Source: Armatimonadota bacterium
GTDB taxonomy: Bacteria; Armatimonadota; SYMT01
DNA: 64,000 nucleotides
Direction of reading: 5' to 3'
Assembly: GCA_046292385.1 (NCBI GenBank)
Contig: JBKBRF010000019.1
Location: forward strand, 1-64,000
Under the pieces are notes generated by a model. It was not told the origin of the DNA, ran no database searches, and saw nothing but the letters and a program-made list of their open reading frames with translations. Below, piece by piece: positions 47,688-56,734 of this stretch. The stretch's first letter is position 1. Every line of letters starts with the position of its first letter. Made by a program: the position numbers and the translations under genes.

Positions 47688-49034
47688 ATGACAAGCTCCG
47701 CGTCCCGAATGCTGCGCCGGGGACTCCCGCTCGGCGCGCTCCTCTCCCTGCTTCCCTCGCTCGCCTGGGCGCAGGAGACAGCAGGAGCCGCCGCTGAAGC
47801 GGCCGCGCCCGCGATCGACAAAGGCGACACCGGCTTCATCCTGGCCTGTGCCGCGCTGGTGCTCTTCATGACCCCGGGCCTGGCGCTCTTCTACGCCGGC
47901 ATGGCGCGCCGCAAGAACGCGCTCGGCACGATCATGCAGAGCTTCATCGCGATGGGGATCATTACGGTCCTCTGGGTGACCGTCGGCTACAGCCTCGCTT
48001 TCAGCCCGGGAGGGCCCTGGATCGGCGGTCTGAGCTGGCTGGGACTGAACGGCGTGAGCGCTTACGAGGCCGGCCCCCTCGGCTCGACCATCCCGCACCA
48101 GCTCTTCATGGTGTTCCAGTTGATGTTCGCGATCATCACCCCGGCCCTGATCAGCGGCGCCTTCGCGGAGCGGATGAAGTTCAGCGCCTACCTGGTCTTC
48201 ATCGGGATCTGGTCCCTGGTCGTCTACGTGCCGCTCGCCCACTGGGTGTGGTCGCCGGACGGATGGCTGTTCAAGATGGGCGCGCTAGACTTCGCCGGCG
48301 GCACCGTGGTGCACATCAGCTCCGGTATCACTGCCCTCGTCGCGGCGATCATGATCGGCAAGCGGCGCGGCTATCCTAACGAGGAGATGCGCCCGCACAA
48401 CCTGACGATGACGCTGCTCGGCACCGGCATCCTGTGGTTCGGGTGGTACGGCTTCAACGGCGGCAGCGCGCTCGCGGCGGACAGCATCGCAGTCATCGCG
48501 TTCGTCAACACCCACATCGCGGCGGGCGTCGCAACGATGGCGTGGCTGCTGGTCGAGTGGGCGCACCGCGGTAAGCCGACCGCTCTCGGTGCGGCCTCCG
48601 GCGCGGTGGCGGGCCTGGTAGGGATTACGCCGGCAGCCGGGTTTGTCAGTCCGATGGGCGCCATCGCGATCGGGGCCGTCACTGCCGCCGCGTGCTACTT
48701 CGCGGTAATGTGCAAGTCGAAGGCCGGCTACGACGACAGCCTGGATACCTTCGGGGTACACGGCGTGGGTGGAACCGTCGGGGCGGTCCTGACGGGCGTC
48801 TTCGCCAGCGCGGCTGCGAACAACGTGGCGAAAATCGATGGCCTGCTCTACGGCAACGCCGGTCAGATGATCCCGCAGCTCACGGGGGTGGCGGTCACCT
48901 GGGTCTACGCGGCCGTAGTGAGCGCGGTGCTGCTCTTCATCATCGACAAGACGATCGGGCTCCGCGTGAAGAGCACGGATGAGGAAGTCGGACTGGACAT
49001 CAGCCAGCACGGTGAGGAAGGATACGTCCTGTAG
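47688..49034 (+). CDS. amtB: Ammonium transporter
   Basis: MTPGLALFY, FQLMFAIIT, DFAGGTVVH, WFGWYGFNGGS and DDSLDTFGVH motifs. Confidence 0.97.
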   Translation: MTSSASRMLRRGLPLGALLSLLPSLAWAQETAGAAAEAAAPAIDKGDTGFILACAALVLFMTPGLALFYAGMARRKNALGTIMQSFIAMGIITVLWVTVGYSLAFSPGGPWIGGLSWLGLNGVSAYEAGPLGSTIPHQLFMVFQLMFAIITPALISGAFAERMKFSAYLVFIGIWSLVVYVPLAHWVWSPDGWLFKMGALDFAGGTVVHISSGITALVAAIMIGKRRGYPNEEMRPHNLTMTLLGTGILWFGWYGFNGGSALAADSIAVIAFVNTHIAAGVATMAWLLVEWAHRGKPTALGAASGAVAGLVGITPAAGFVSPMGAIAIGAVTAAACYFAVMCKSKAGYDDSLDTFGVHGVGGTVGAVLTGVFASAAANNVAKIDGLLYGNAGQMIPQLTGVAVTWVYAAVVSAVLLFIIDKTIGLRVKSTDEEVGLDISQHGEEGYVL

Positions 49035-49180
49035 GCCTCGCCACCGCAGCGGCCAACCTGTGTCGAGAGAGAGAAGCGAAGGGTCGGTGATCGTATCCGC
49101 CCGGCGCTTCTCCTCTCTCCCGCTCATAACGATTTCGGACCGCCCCCGCGGCGGTCGAGCAGACTGGGGATAACACGCAG

Positions 49181-49519
49181 ATGACGAAGATGGAAGCGAT
49201 CATTCGTCCGGAGAAGCTGGAGGACCTGCAGCACCAGCTCGAGGACATGGGCCTCACCGGGCTCACCGTGACGGAAGTCCGCGGCGCCGGCCGGCAGGCG
49301 GGCTACGTGGAGCGCTACCGCGGCCTGGAGTACCGCGTCCGCCTGCTCCCGAAGGTGAAGGTGGAGGTGGTGGTACCGGACACGATGGTGGAGGACGTGG
49401 TGAAGACGATCCGCGACGCCTGCTACACCGGCGAAGTGGGGGACGGCAAGATCTTCCTCTGGAAGCTCGACGACGCGGTCCGGATCCGCACGGGAGACCG
49501 CGGGAACGAAGCTATCTAG
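49181..49519 (+). CDS. glnK: P-II nitrogen regulator
   Basis: AIIRPEKL, YRGLEY T-loop, TGEVGDGKIF and RIRTG motifs; downstream of amtB. Confidence 0.93.
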   Translation: MTKMEAIIRPEKLEDLQHQLEDMGLTGLTVTEVRGAGRQAGYVERYRGLEYRVRLLPKVKVEVVVPDTMVEDVVKTIRDACYTGEVGDGKIFLWKLDDAVRIRTGDRGNEAI

Positions 49520-49716
49520 GGGCTAGGGGCCAGGGCCTAGGGTTTAGGGGACCGAACCCCGCCCCGCATGGCTCTCCACTGGGACGACGAGCCCAAGTAC
49601 CCGCGAGCTTTGCTAGGAAGAGCAGAAAAACGAGAGGGGGAGCTAACCGGTTGGATGCTCCCCCTCTCGTTGAATTCAGGTGAGGGCTGCGGATTAGGCT
49701 AGACCCTATCCCCTAG
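49517..49716. repeat. Heptamer inverted-arm element (TAGGGGC.../...CCCCTAG) with CCGAACC junction, enclosing a terminator
   Basis: TAGGGGCTAGGGGCCAGGGCCTAGGGTTTAGGGG, A, CCGAACC (49552-49558), and CTAGACCCTATCCCCTAG at the far end. Confidence 0.65.
49626..49671 (-). terminator. Intrinsic terminator of the small Cys-rich gene, possibly bidirectional
   Basis: CGAGAGGGGGAGC/GCTCCCCCTCTCG stem; AAAAA at 49626-49630 gives a U-tract on the minus strand. Confidence 0.8.
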
Positions 49717-49718
49717 AA

Positions 49719-49892
49719 TCAGGCTTTGCCGGCCTTCTCGCAGCAGAGGCGCGCGATGTGGCGCTTGCCCACGCTGGGGACGCGCATCACGATCTCGGTC
49801 TTGCCGCCGCAGACCTTGCAGGTCGAGGCGAGCGCCTTCTGCTCGGCGCGGGCCGCGACGTTCGTCTTCGAGGTTCCTCTATCCTTCGCCAT
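49719..49892 (-). CDS. Small basic Cys-rich protein (57 aa, CxxC...CC)
   Basis: Manual translation MAKDRGTSKTNVAARAEQKALASTCKVCGGKTEIVMRVPSVGKRHIARLCCEKAGKA; SD GGAG, GC3-biased codons, own promoter and terminator. Confidence 0.75.
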   Translation of the reverse strand: MAKDRGTSKTNVAARAEQKALASTCKVCGGKTEIVMRVPSVGKRHIARLCCEKAGKA

Positions 49893-49965
49893 TGGATGAT
49901 CTCCCGCTTCTGGTGGGCGCCGCGCGCCCTACGCTGTACTGGCCGCCCGCGGGGACGACGCTGGC

Positions 49966-49994
49966 ATTATAGCGAATCGGAGCCGGCTTGTGAA
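49966..49994 (-). promoter_or_regulatory. Sigma70 promoter of the 57-aa gene
   Basis: Minus strand TTCACA, 17 bp spacer, TATAAT. Confidence 0.75.
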
Positions 49995-50106
49995 GGCGGC
50001 CCCACGCGGAGCGTGCCCGGAGGCGCACTGCGCGAAACGTTCGGCTCGACGGCTGCGTTACTATGGAGGAGAGGACTGGGCCCGGGCGCGCAGCCGGAGG
50101 TGCGTG

Positions 50107-50301
50107 ATGTCACAGGTGGATGACGAGACCCGCCGCCGGATCGACCGCTGGATCCGGGACAACGGCCGGAACGAGTACGGCGACCCGCAGGGGACGGTCT
50201 ACGCGGGCGGCAACCCGCTGTTCAGCGAATTCACCGGCCGCACGATGGACCGCTACGAGTATGTCCTCAAGCGGCATCCGGAGCTCCGTAAGGAGAAGTA
50301 G
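50107..50301 (+). CDS. Small hypothetical protein (64 aa, NEYGDP..T.YAGG.PLF motif)
   Basis: SD GGAGG before ATG 50107; strong codon bias; 29 bp upstream of the S8 protease. Confidence 0.75.
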   Translation: MSQVDDETRRRIDRWIRDNGRNEYGDPQGTVYAGGNPLFSEFTGRTMDRYEYVLKRHPELRKEK

Positions 50302-50330
50302 CCGGGATCCGCCGGAGTGGGAGGTACGCG

Positions 50331-52112
50331 ATGCGCCGAGAACGGTGGAACTGGCTGGTCCGGGGTGTGATGGGGGCCGCCCTGGCGGCGACCGGTTGGC
50401 CCCTGGTCGCCCACTGGTGGCCGGCGCCGCTGCAGCCCGCTGGGCCCGCGGAGGTCGCCGCGTCAACCGGAGGCATCGCCGTCGACGCGCGGGACAATCT
50501 CGCGCCAGCCGAGCTGGCGGGGCTTAACGCGAAGTACGGCGTCAGCTTCCGCTACAACAGCATCCACGCGCAGGACGAGAAGCTGCTCATCGCGGACAAC
50601 GTCCCGCCGGAGCGGATCGAGAGCCTGGTCGCGCAGCTGCGGCAGGACCCGTTGATCGAGACGGCGGAGCCGCTCTACCACTACAGCAGCCCGAAGCCGC
50701 CGACCGCAGCCCAGCGCGTCCGGCAGGAGCAGCCGTCGCGCAAGCGCGGCGGGAAAGCTTGGACGCCGAACGATCCGCGCTTCGCCGAACAGTGGAACAT
50801 GCGGATGGTCGGCGCGGAGCAGGCCTGGACCCGCACCCGCGGGAAAGGCGTTATCGTCGCCGTGATCGATACCGGCGTCGCCTTCGAGAACGACGATACG
50901 CGCTGCTACCAGGCGAAGGACTTCGGCGAGACGCGGTTCGCGCGCGGGTATGACTTCGTGAACGACGACGACCACCCGAACGACGACCACGGGCACGGCA
51001 CGCACGTCGCCGGCACCATCGCGGAGAGCACCAACAACGGCGAGGGCGCGGCGGGCCTGGCGTTCGAAGCGACGATCATGCCGCTCAAGGTACTCGACGA
51101 GTTCGGGATGGGCACCAACGCCGACATCGCCGACGCGGTCCGGTTCGCGGCAGACCACGGCGCGGACATCATCAACATGAGTCTCGGCGGCTCCCGCCCG
51201 GACGCGGTGCTGCATGAGGCGTGCAAGTACGCGGTGAAGAAGGGCGTGCTGATCGTCTGCGCCGCCGGCAACTCGATGCGGGGACCGGTCGGCTACCCCG
51301 CCGCCTTCCCCGAGTGCCTCGCCGTCTCCGCCGTCGGCCCCAGCGGCGACCTCACCTTCTACTCCTCCGTCGGCAAGCAGGTCGGCATCGCGGCGCCGGG
51401 CGGCGAGTACCGCTCCGAAGACGAGCGCGAGAACGGCGTGCTGCAGAACACCGTCCCGATGGGCATCCGGGAGGACGACGGCTACTACGCCCTGCAGGGC
51501 ACCTCCATGGCGAGCCCGCACGTGGCCGCCACGGCGGCGCTCGTGATGTCGATGGGCATCCGGGACCCGGCCCAGGTGCGGGAAGTGCTCGCCCGCGGGG
51601 CGACGCCGAAGAAGCCGGCGCACCACTACGGGGTGGGGGTGCTCGACGCGCAGCGCAGCGTGCAGGCCGCCGGCGGGATGGCCCGCGATTCGTGGCTGAA
51701 GCTCGTCTTCACCGTGATTGCCGGCGTGCTGGGCGTCGGGGTGGGGGTGATCCGCCACCCGGCGCGGGGCCTGCTCCGGATTCCGTTTGTGCCGCTCGGC
51801 TTTGTCCTCGGCTTCCTGATCCCGGACCTCTTCTTCGGCTGGATGGGCTACGGCAGCCCGTTCAACATCATCCTGCACAGCGCGCTGATCCCGCTCTACC
51901 TGCTGTGGGAGGCGGAGAGCGGCAAGGTTTACCGGTTCGTGGCGGCGCTGGCGCTGGCGATGTCGATCCACCTCGGCTGGGACGCGGCGATGGGGCACGC
52001 GCCGTTCGCCGGCGTGCTGCCGTCCCACGCGCTGCCGTGGCTCTGGGTCAATACCGCCGTCGGCCTCGGCGTGGCGCTCGTCGCGTGGCGGCGCTCGTTC
52101 TCCGCGGGATAG
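50331..52112 (+). CDS. S8 subtilisin-like serine protease with C-terminal multi-TM domain
   Basis: VAVIDTG, HGTHVAG and GTSMASPH catalytic triad; about 5 C-terminal hydrophobic helices. Confidence 0.92.
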   Translation: MRRERWNWLVRGVMGAALAATGWPLVAHWWPAPLQPAGPAEVAASTGGIAVDARDNLAPAELAGLNAKYGVSFRYNSIHAQDEKLLIADNVPPERIESLVAQLRQDPLIETAEPLYHYSSPKPPTAAQRVRQEQPSRKRGGKAWTPNDPRFAEQWNMRMVGAEQAWTRTRGKGVIVAVIDTGVAFENDDTRCYQAKDFGETRFARGYDFVNDDDHPNDDHGHGTHVAGTIAESTNNGEGAAGLAFEATIMPLKVLDEFGMGTNADIADAVRFAADHGADIINMSLGGSRPDAVLHEACKYAVKKGVLIVCAAGNSMRGPVGYPAAFPECLAVSAVGPSGDLTFYSSVGKQVGIAAPGGEYRSEDERENGVLQNTVPMGIREDDGYYALQGTSMASPHVAATAALVMSMGIRDPAQVREVLARGATPKKPAHHYGVGVLDAQRSVQAAGGMARDSWLKLVFTVIAGVLGVGVGVIRHPARGLLRIPFVPLGFVLGFLIPDLFFGWMGYGSPFNIILHSALIPLYLLWEAESGKVYRFVAALALAMSIHLGWDAAMGHAPFAGVLPSHALPWLWVNTAVGLGVALVAWRRSFSAG

Positions 52113-52121
52113 AATCGCGGT

Positions 52122-54038
52122 GTGGAACGCCGCCGCTACCTGCGCAAGACCAGCCTGGCCGCCTGCCTCGAGGCCTGGCTAGGGCACCCGCACGTCCTCC
52201 GACGCACCGCAGCGGAGACGGTGCCGGCGCCGGAGGCGCGCGGACGCGTGACTGCGGAGGCGGTCTACGCGCGGCGGTCGGTCCCGCACTTCCACTGCTC
52301 CGCCATGGACGGCATCGCCGTCGCCGCGGAGCTGACCTACGGCGCCGCCGAGACCCGGCCGGTGCGGCTGGAGCCCGGGCAGTACACGGTGGTCGATACC
52401 GGCGACCCGATCCCGGACGACGCTGACGCCGTGGTGATGATCGAGGACGTACAGCAGCTCGAGGGCGGCGCGGTGGAGCTGGTGGAAGCGGCCTCGCCCT
52501 GGCAGCAGATCCGGCTGGCGGGCGAAGACCTGGTGGCGACGGAGATGGTGCTCCCCTCCGGACAGCTCCTCCGCGCGCCGGACGTCGCGGCGCTCCTCTC
52601 CTGCGGCGTACGCGAGCTCTCCGTGCGCCGCCGGCCCCGCGTGGCGGTTCTGCCGACCGGGGACGAGCTGGTCGATCCGCTCTCCGGCCCGGAGCAGCAG
52701 GACCGGCCCGGCGCCATTCCGGAGACGAACTCCTACCTGATCGGCGGGCTGGTGGAGGAGTGGGGCGGCGAGGCGGTCCGCTACCCGATCGTCGCCGATA
52801 CGCCGGAGGCGGTCCACGAGGCGCTGCACCGCGCGCTGGAGCAGGCCGACGTAGTGGCGCTGAACGCCGGCTCGTCCGCGGGGAGAGAAGACTTCGTTCC
52901 GCGCATCATCGAGCAGGCAGGCGAGCTGCTGGCGCACGGAGTCGACATCATGCCCGGCAAGCCGATGGCGATCGGCGTGGTCCGCGGCAAGCCGGTCATC
53001 GGGATCCCCGGCTATCCGGTTTCCGCCTGGGTCGTCTGCGAGCAGTTCCTGCGTCCCTTGGTCCACCAGCTCCTCGGGCTCCCCGCGCCCCGTCCGGAGC
53101 GCGTCCCGGCGGTGATGGCGCGCAAGACGCCGTCCCGCATGGGCAACGAGGAGTTCCTCCGCGTGAAGGCGGCACGGGTCGGCGGGCGCCTCGTCGCCGT
53201 CCCGCTCTCCCGCGGGGCGAGCCTCCTCAGCTCGGTCGTGCGGGCCGACGGGGTGGTCCGCATCCCGGCGAACGTGGAGGGAGTCGAAGCCGGAGAGGAG
53301 GTCCGCCTGGAGCCGCTGCGCCCGCTGGAGGAGATCGAAAGCGCGCTGCTGGCGGTCGGCAGCCACGACCTGCTCCTCGACCTGATCTCCGACTTCCTCC
53401 ACCAGCGCGCCGCCGGCTTCGGGCTCTCCAGCGCGCACGTCGGCAGCCTGACCGGACTGGTGGCGCTCCGCCGCGGCGAGTGCCACCTCGCCGGGACGCA
53501 CCTGATCGACGAGGAAACCGGCGAGTACAACCTCTCCTGGCTGCGCCGCTACTTCCAGGAGGGGGAGGTAGCGCTGATCCACCTCGCCTACCGGGAGCAG
53601 GGGCTGCTCGTTCCCCCGGGCAATCCCCGCGGCCTCCGGGGCCTGGCCGACCTGACCGGCGGCGAGCTCCTCTTTATCAACCGCCAGCGCGGCTCCGGCA
53701 CCCGCCAGCTCCTCGACTTCCTGCTGCAGCGGGAGGGGCTGGAGCCCGCGTCGATCCGCGGCTACGACCGGGAGTTGTATACGCACCTGGCGGTCGCCGC
53801 CGCGGTCCAGACCGGAGCCGCGGACACCGGTCTCGGAATCCGCGCCGCTGCCAAGGCGCTCGATCTGGATTTCGTCCCGGTGGCCCCGGAGCGGTACGAT
53901 CTGGCCGTGCGGCCGGACGCCCTGGGGCTGCCGCAGATGCAGGAGCTGCTGCGGATCGTGCGCTCGGAGGCGTTCCAGACGAAGGTTCAGGAGTTGGGCG
54001 GCTACGACGCGTCCCGGGCGGGAGAGCGATTGGTTTAG
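52122..54038 (+). CDS. moeA: Molybdopterin molybdenumtransferase MoeA fused to a periplasmic-binding-protein-type domain
   Basis: SAMDGIAV, PTGDEL, GSSAGRED, PGKP and GIPGYPVS motifs; C-terminal GSHD..VGS..NRQRGSGTR. Confidence 0.9.
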   Translation: MERRRYLRKTSLAACLEAWLGHPHVLRRTAAETVPAPEARGRVTAEAVYARRSVPHFHCSAMDGIAVAAELTYGAAETRPVRLEPGQYTVVDTGDPIPDDADAVVMIEDVQQLEGGAVELVEAASPWQQIRLAGEDLVATEMVLPSGQLLRAPDVAALLSCGVRELSVRRRPRVAVLPTGDELVDPLSGPEQQDRPGAIPETNSYLIGGLVEEWGGEAVRYPIVADTPEAVHEALHRALEQADVVALNAGSSAGREDFVPRIIEQAGELLAHGVDIMPGKPMAIGVVRGKPVIGIPGYPVSAWVVCEQFLRPLVHQLLGLPAPRPERVPAVMARKTPSRMGNEEFLRVKAARVGGRLVAVPLSRGASLLSSVVRADGVVRIPANVEGVEAGEEVRLEPLRPLEEIESALLAVGSHDLLLDLISDFLHQRAAGFGLSSAHVGSLTGLVALRRGECHLAGTHLIDEETGEYNLSWLRRYFQEGEVALIHLAYREQGLLVPPGNPRGLRGLADLTGGELLFINRQRGSGTRQLLDFLLQREGLEPASIRGYDRELYTHLAVAAAVQTGAADTGLGIRAAAKALDLDFVPVAPERYDLAVRPDALGLPQMQELLRIVRSEAFQTKVQELGGYDASRAGERLV

Positions 54039-54045
54039 GGCTGGA

Positions 54046-54195
54046 GTATTCCGTGTTGCGTATTGCGTAGCGGATCGCCCTCTCCGCTTCCCAAGACGTG
54101 GTGCCGGGCGATACGCTCCCTCAGCGCCCCGTCCGGCACTACGCCGTCTCAAGCGGAGAGAGCCTACCGCTACGGAATACGCGACACGCAATACG
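54046..54195. repeat. MITE-like element family B, copy 2
   Basis: GTATTCCGTGTTGCGTATTGCGTAGCGG ... CCGCTACGGAATACGCGACACGCAATAC; internal GTGCCGG/CCGGCAC stem; about 150 bp like 2605-2757. Confidence 0.8.
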
Positions 54196-54212
54196 AACGA
54201 AGGAGATCAGAC

Positions 54213-55262
54213 TTGGCATTGAAGACCGAAAGCCACATGCTCCGGGAGATCCGGGAGCAGCCCGCCGCCCTGGAGCGGCTCCTGGAGGGAGAGCTCGGCC
54301 GCGCGGAGGCGCTCGCGAACGCGGCAAAGGAGCGGGAGATCGACCTCCTCTTCCTCGCGGCGCGGGGAACGAGCGACCACGCCGCCATCTACGCGAAGTA
54401 CCTGATGGAGATCGAGACAGGGCTGCCGGTCTCGCTGGCGGCGCCGAGCGTCTTCACGCTCTACCGGGCGCCGGTCCGGCTCGACCGCTCCCTGGTGCTC
54501 GGGATCAGCCAGAGCGGCAAGGCGGCCGACGCGATCGAGGTGCTGCGGCAGGCGCGGGAAGGGGGACAGCTCACCGGCTGCATCACCAACGACCAGCAGT
54601 CGCCCATGGCGCAGTGCGCCGAGCACCCGCTCTACTGCCACGCCGGCCCGGAGCAGAGCCTGCCGGCCACGAAGACCTACACCACGTCGCTGGCGCTGGT
54701 CACCGCGCTGACGGCGTACCTCTCCGGGAAGACGGAGCTGCTCGACGGCCTCCGCGGCGCGCCGGACCTGGTTCGGCAGGCGCTGGCGCTGGAGGAGAGC
54801 ATCGCCGCGGGAACGGAGCGGTACCGCTACATGGAGGAGTGCGTGGTGCTGGCGCGCGGGATCAACCAGTGCAGCGCGCTGGAGACGGCGCTCAAGCTCT
54901 CCGAGACGAGCTACCTGCGCGCGCACCCGTACAGCTCCGCCGACTTCCTCCACGGGCCGATCGCCATTGTGGACGAAGGCTACCCGTGCTTCCTCTTCGC
55001 GCCGGACGGTCTCGGCTACCCGTCGATGGTCGAGGTCGCGGACGAGCTGTCGAAGCGCGGCGCCGAGCTGATCGTCCTCTCCAACCGGGAAGAGCTGCTC
55101 GCCCGTGCCACCACCCCCCTCCGTATCCCGGAGGCGCCGGAGTACCTCTCGCCCCTCGTCGGCATCGTCGCCGCCCAGCTCTTCGCGTACCACCTCGCCG
55201 TGGTGAAGGGCCGCGACCCCGACAGCCCGAGAGGCCTGAAAAAGGTCACGCACACGTTCTGA
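54213..55262 (+). CDS. Double-SIS-domain sugar-phosphate isomerase/deaminase (GlmS C-terminal-like)
   Basis: EIREQP, ARGTSDHA, GISQSG, ATKTY, ETALKLSE and PRGLKKVT motifs; AAGGAG SD then TTG. Confidence 0.88.
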   Translation: MALKTESHMLREIREQPAALERLLEGELGRAEALANAAKEREIDLLFLAARGTSDHAAIYAKYLMEIETGLPVSLAAPSVFTLYRAPVRLDRSLVLGISQSGKAADAIEVLRQAREGGQLTGCITNDQQSPMAQCAEHPLYCHAGPEQSLPATKTYTTSLALVTALTAYLSGKTELLDGLRGAPDLVRQALALEESIAAGTERYRYMEECVVLARGINQCSALETALKLSETSYLRAHPYSSADFLHGPIAIVDEGYPCFLFAPDGLGYPSMVEVADELSKRGAELIVLSNREELLARATTPLRIPEAPEYLSPLVGIVAAQLFAYHLAVVKGRDPDSPRGLKKVTHTF

Positions 55263-55270
55263 CGGACCGG

Positions 55271-55495
55271 ATTTACCGCCAGCGCCAGGCACGCAAATTC
55301 CGAACCGGAATTCACCGCAGAGACGCGGAGAGCGCAGAGAGAACCGGAACATGAGGGCAGGGCCGGGTCCGTTTAACCAATTCCGTACAGCGGCTCCGGG
55401 GTTCGTCTCTTCTGGTTCCTCTTTGCGTCCTTTGCGTTCTTGGCGGTGAATCAGGTTCGGGTTCTCTCCGCGTCCTCTGCGTCTCTGCGGTGAAT
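55271..55495. repeat. Inverted-repeat element built of about 9-mer units (CACCGCAGAGACGCGGAG type) with two CCGAACC motifs
   Basis: 55310-55345 is an imperfect inverted repeat of 55460-55495; CCGAACC at 55300 (+) and 55454 (-). Confidence 0.75.
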
Positions 55496-55514
55496 CTTCA
55501 AACGGGCAGCCGAG

Positions 55515-56621
55515 ATGATCAACGAAGCACGCGTTCGGGAGACGTTTCTAGACCTGGTCCGCTTCAACAGCCCGCCGGGGCAGGAGGGGGAGGTCGCCCG
55601 GTACTGCGCGGAGGCGCTGCGGGACGCGGGGTTCCTCTGCCAGAAGGATGCGGCGGGGAACCTGATCGCGCAGAAGGCGGGGACCGTCTCCGGCGCGCCG
55701 CGGATCTTCTTCTCCGCGCACATGGACACCGTCCAGCCGACGGAGGGCCTCGAGGTGCGAGAAGAGGACGGGATCTTCCGCACGGGCGGCACCACGATCC
55801 TCGGCGCGGATGACAAGGCGGGCCTGACGCAGATCCTGGAAGGCGTGCGCGTGCTGGAAGAGCACGGCATCCCGCACGGCGACCTGCAGGTCGTCTTCAC
55901 CACCGGCGAGGAGGTGGGGCTGCTCGGTGCCCGGGCCCTGGCGATCGAGGTGGTGGCGGGGAGCATCGGCTTCGTCTTCGACGCCAGCGGTCCTACCGGC
56001 ACGGTCATCACCGGCGCGCCGACGCACGACAAGCTCGAGGTGCGCTTGCAGGGCCGGGCTTCCCACGCGGGGTTCGTGCCGGAGAAGGGGATCAGCGCCA
56101 TCCGGATGGCGGCGCGGGCGCTCGACCGCATGCGCCTGGGGCGGATCGACCCGGAGACGACGGCGAACATCGGCACTATCAGCGGCGGTACCGCGGACAA
56201 CATCGTCGCCGAGGAAGCAATCCTCACCCTGGAGGCGCGCAGCCGGAACCGGGAGAAGCTCGACGCGCAGGTCGCGCACATGCGGGAGTGCCTGGAAGAG
56301 GCGGCGGCGCACTACGGCGGCTCCGTGGAGATCCGGCACGAGCGGGAGTACCAGGGCTACACCTGGGAGCGGGGCGACCTCCCGCTGAGCCTCGCCGCGG
56401 CGGCCTGGCGGAACGTACCGGCGAGCCGGGGCGAGGAGCCGACCTTCCGCCCCACCGGCGGCGGCAGCGACGCCAACGTCTTCAACGCGCGAGGCGTGCC
56501 GGCGGTCGTCTGCACCTGCGGCTACGCCGATGCCCACTCCGTGAAGGAGCACATCCCGGTGGCGGACCTCCTCGCCGGCGCCGAATGGGTCGTCCGCATC
56601 GCCGAAGCCGCCGCGGTTTAG
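55515..56621 (+). CDS. M20 family peptidase (peptidase T-like)
   Basis: SAHMDTV, LGADDKAG, GEEVGL and GGGSDAN motifs. Confidence 0.92.
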   Translation: MINEARVRETFLDLVRFNSPPGQEGEVARYCAEALRDAGFLCQKDAAGNLIAQKAGTVSGAPRIFFSAHMDTVQPTEGLEVREEDGIFRTGGTTILGADDKAGLTQILEGVRVLEEHGIPHGDLQVVFTTGEEVGLLGARALAIEVVAGSIGFVFDASGPTGTVITGAPTHDKLEVRLQGRASHAGFVPEKGISAIRMAARALDRMRLGRIDPETTANIGTISGGTADNIVAEEAILTLEARSRNREKLDAQVAHMRECLEEAAAHYGGSVEIRHEREYQGYTWERGDLPLSLAAAAWRNVPASRGEEPTFRPTGGGSDANVFNARGVPAVVCTCGYADAHSVKEHIPVADLLAGAEWVVRIAEAAAV

Positions 56622-56629
56622 GTAGTAGG

Positions 56630-56722
56630 GGTCAGGTTCCAGGGGCCAGAGAGTGGGGTTGGATGACAGGACCTTGGCCGCACAACCTGGAACCTGGAAC
56701 CTGAAACTGGAAAACCTGAAAC
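56630..56722. repeat. Heptamer inverted-arm repeat between convergent genes
   Basis: CAGGTTCCAGG ... AACCTGGAACCTGGAACCTGAAAC. Confidence 0.6.
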
Positions 56723-56734
56723 GGACAGGCAGCG

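Noticed and set aside
49719..49892. Ribosomal protein L28/L33 call for the 57-aa Cys protein
   Set aside because: Cys spacing and sequence do not fit those families as I know them
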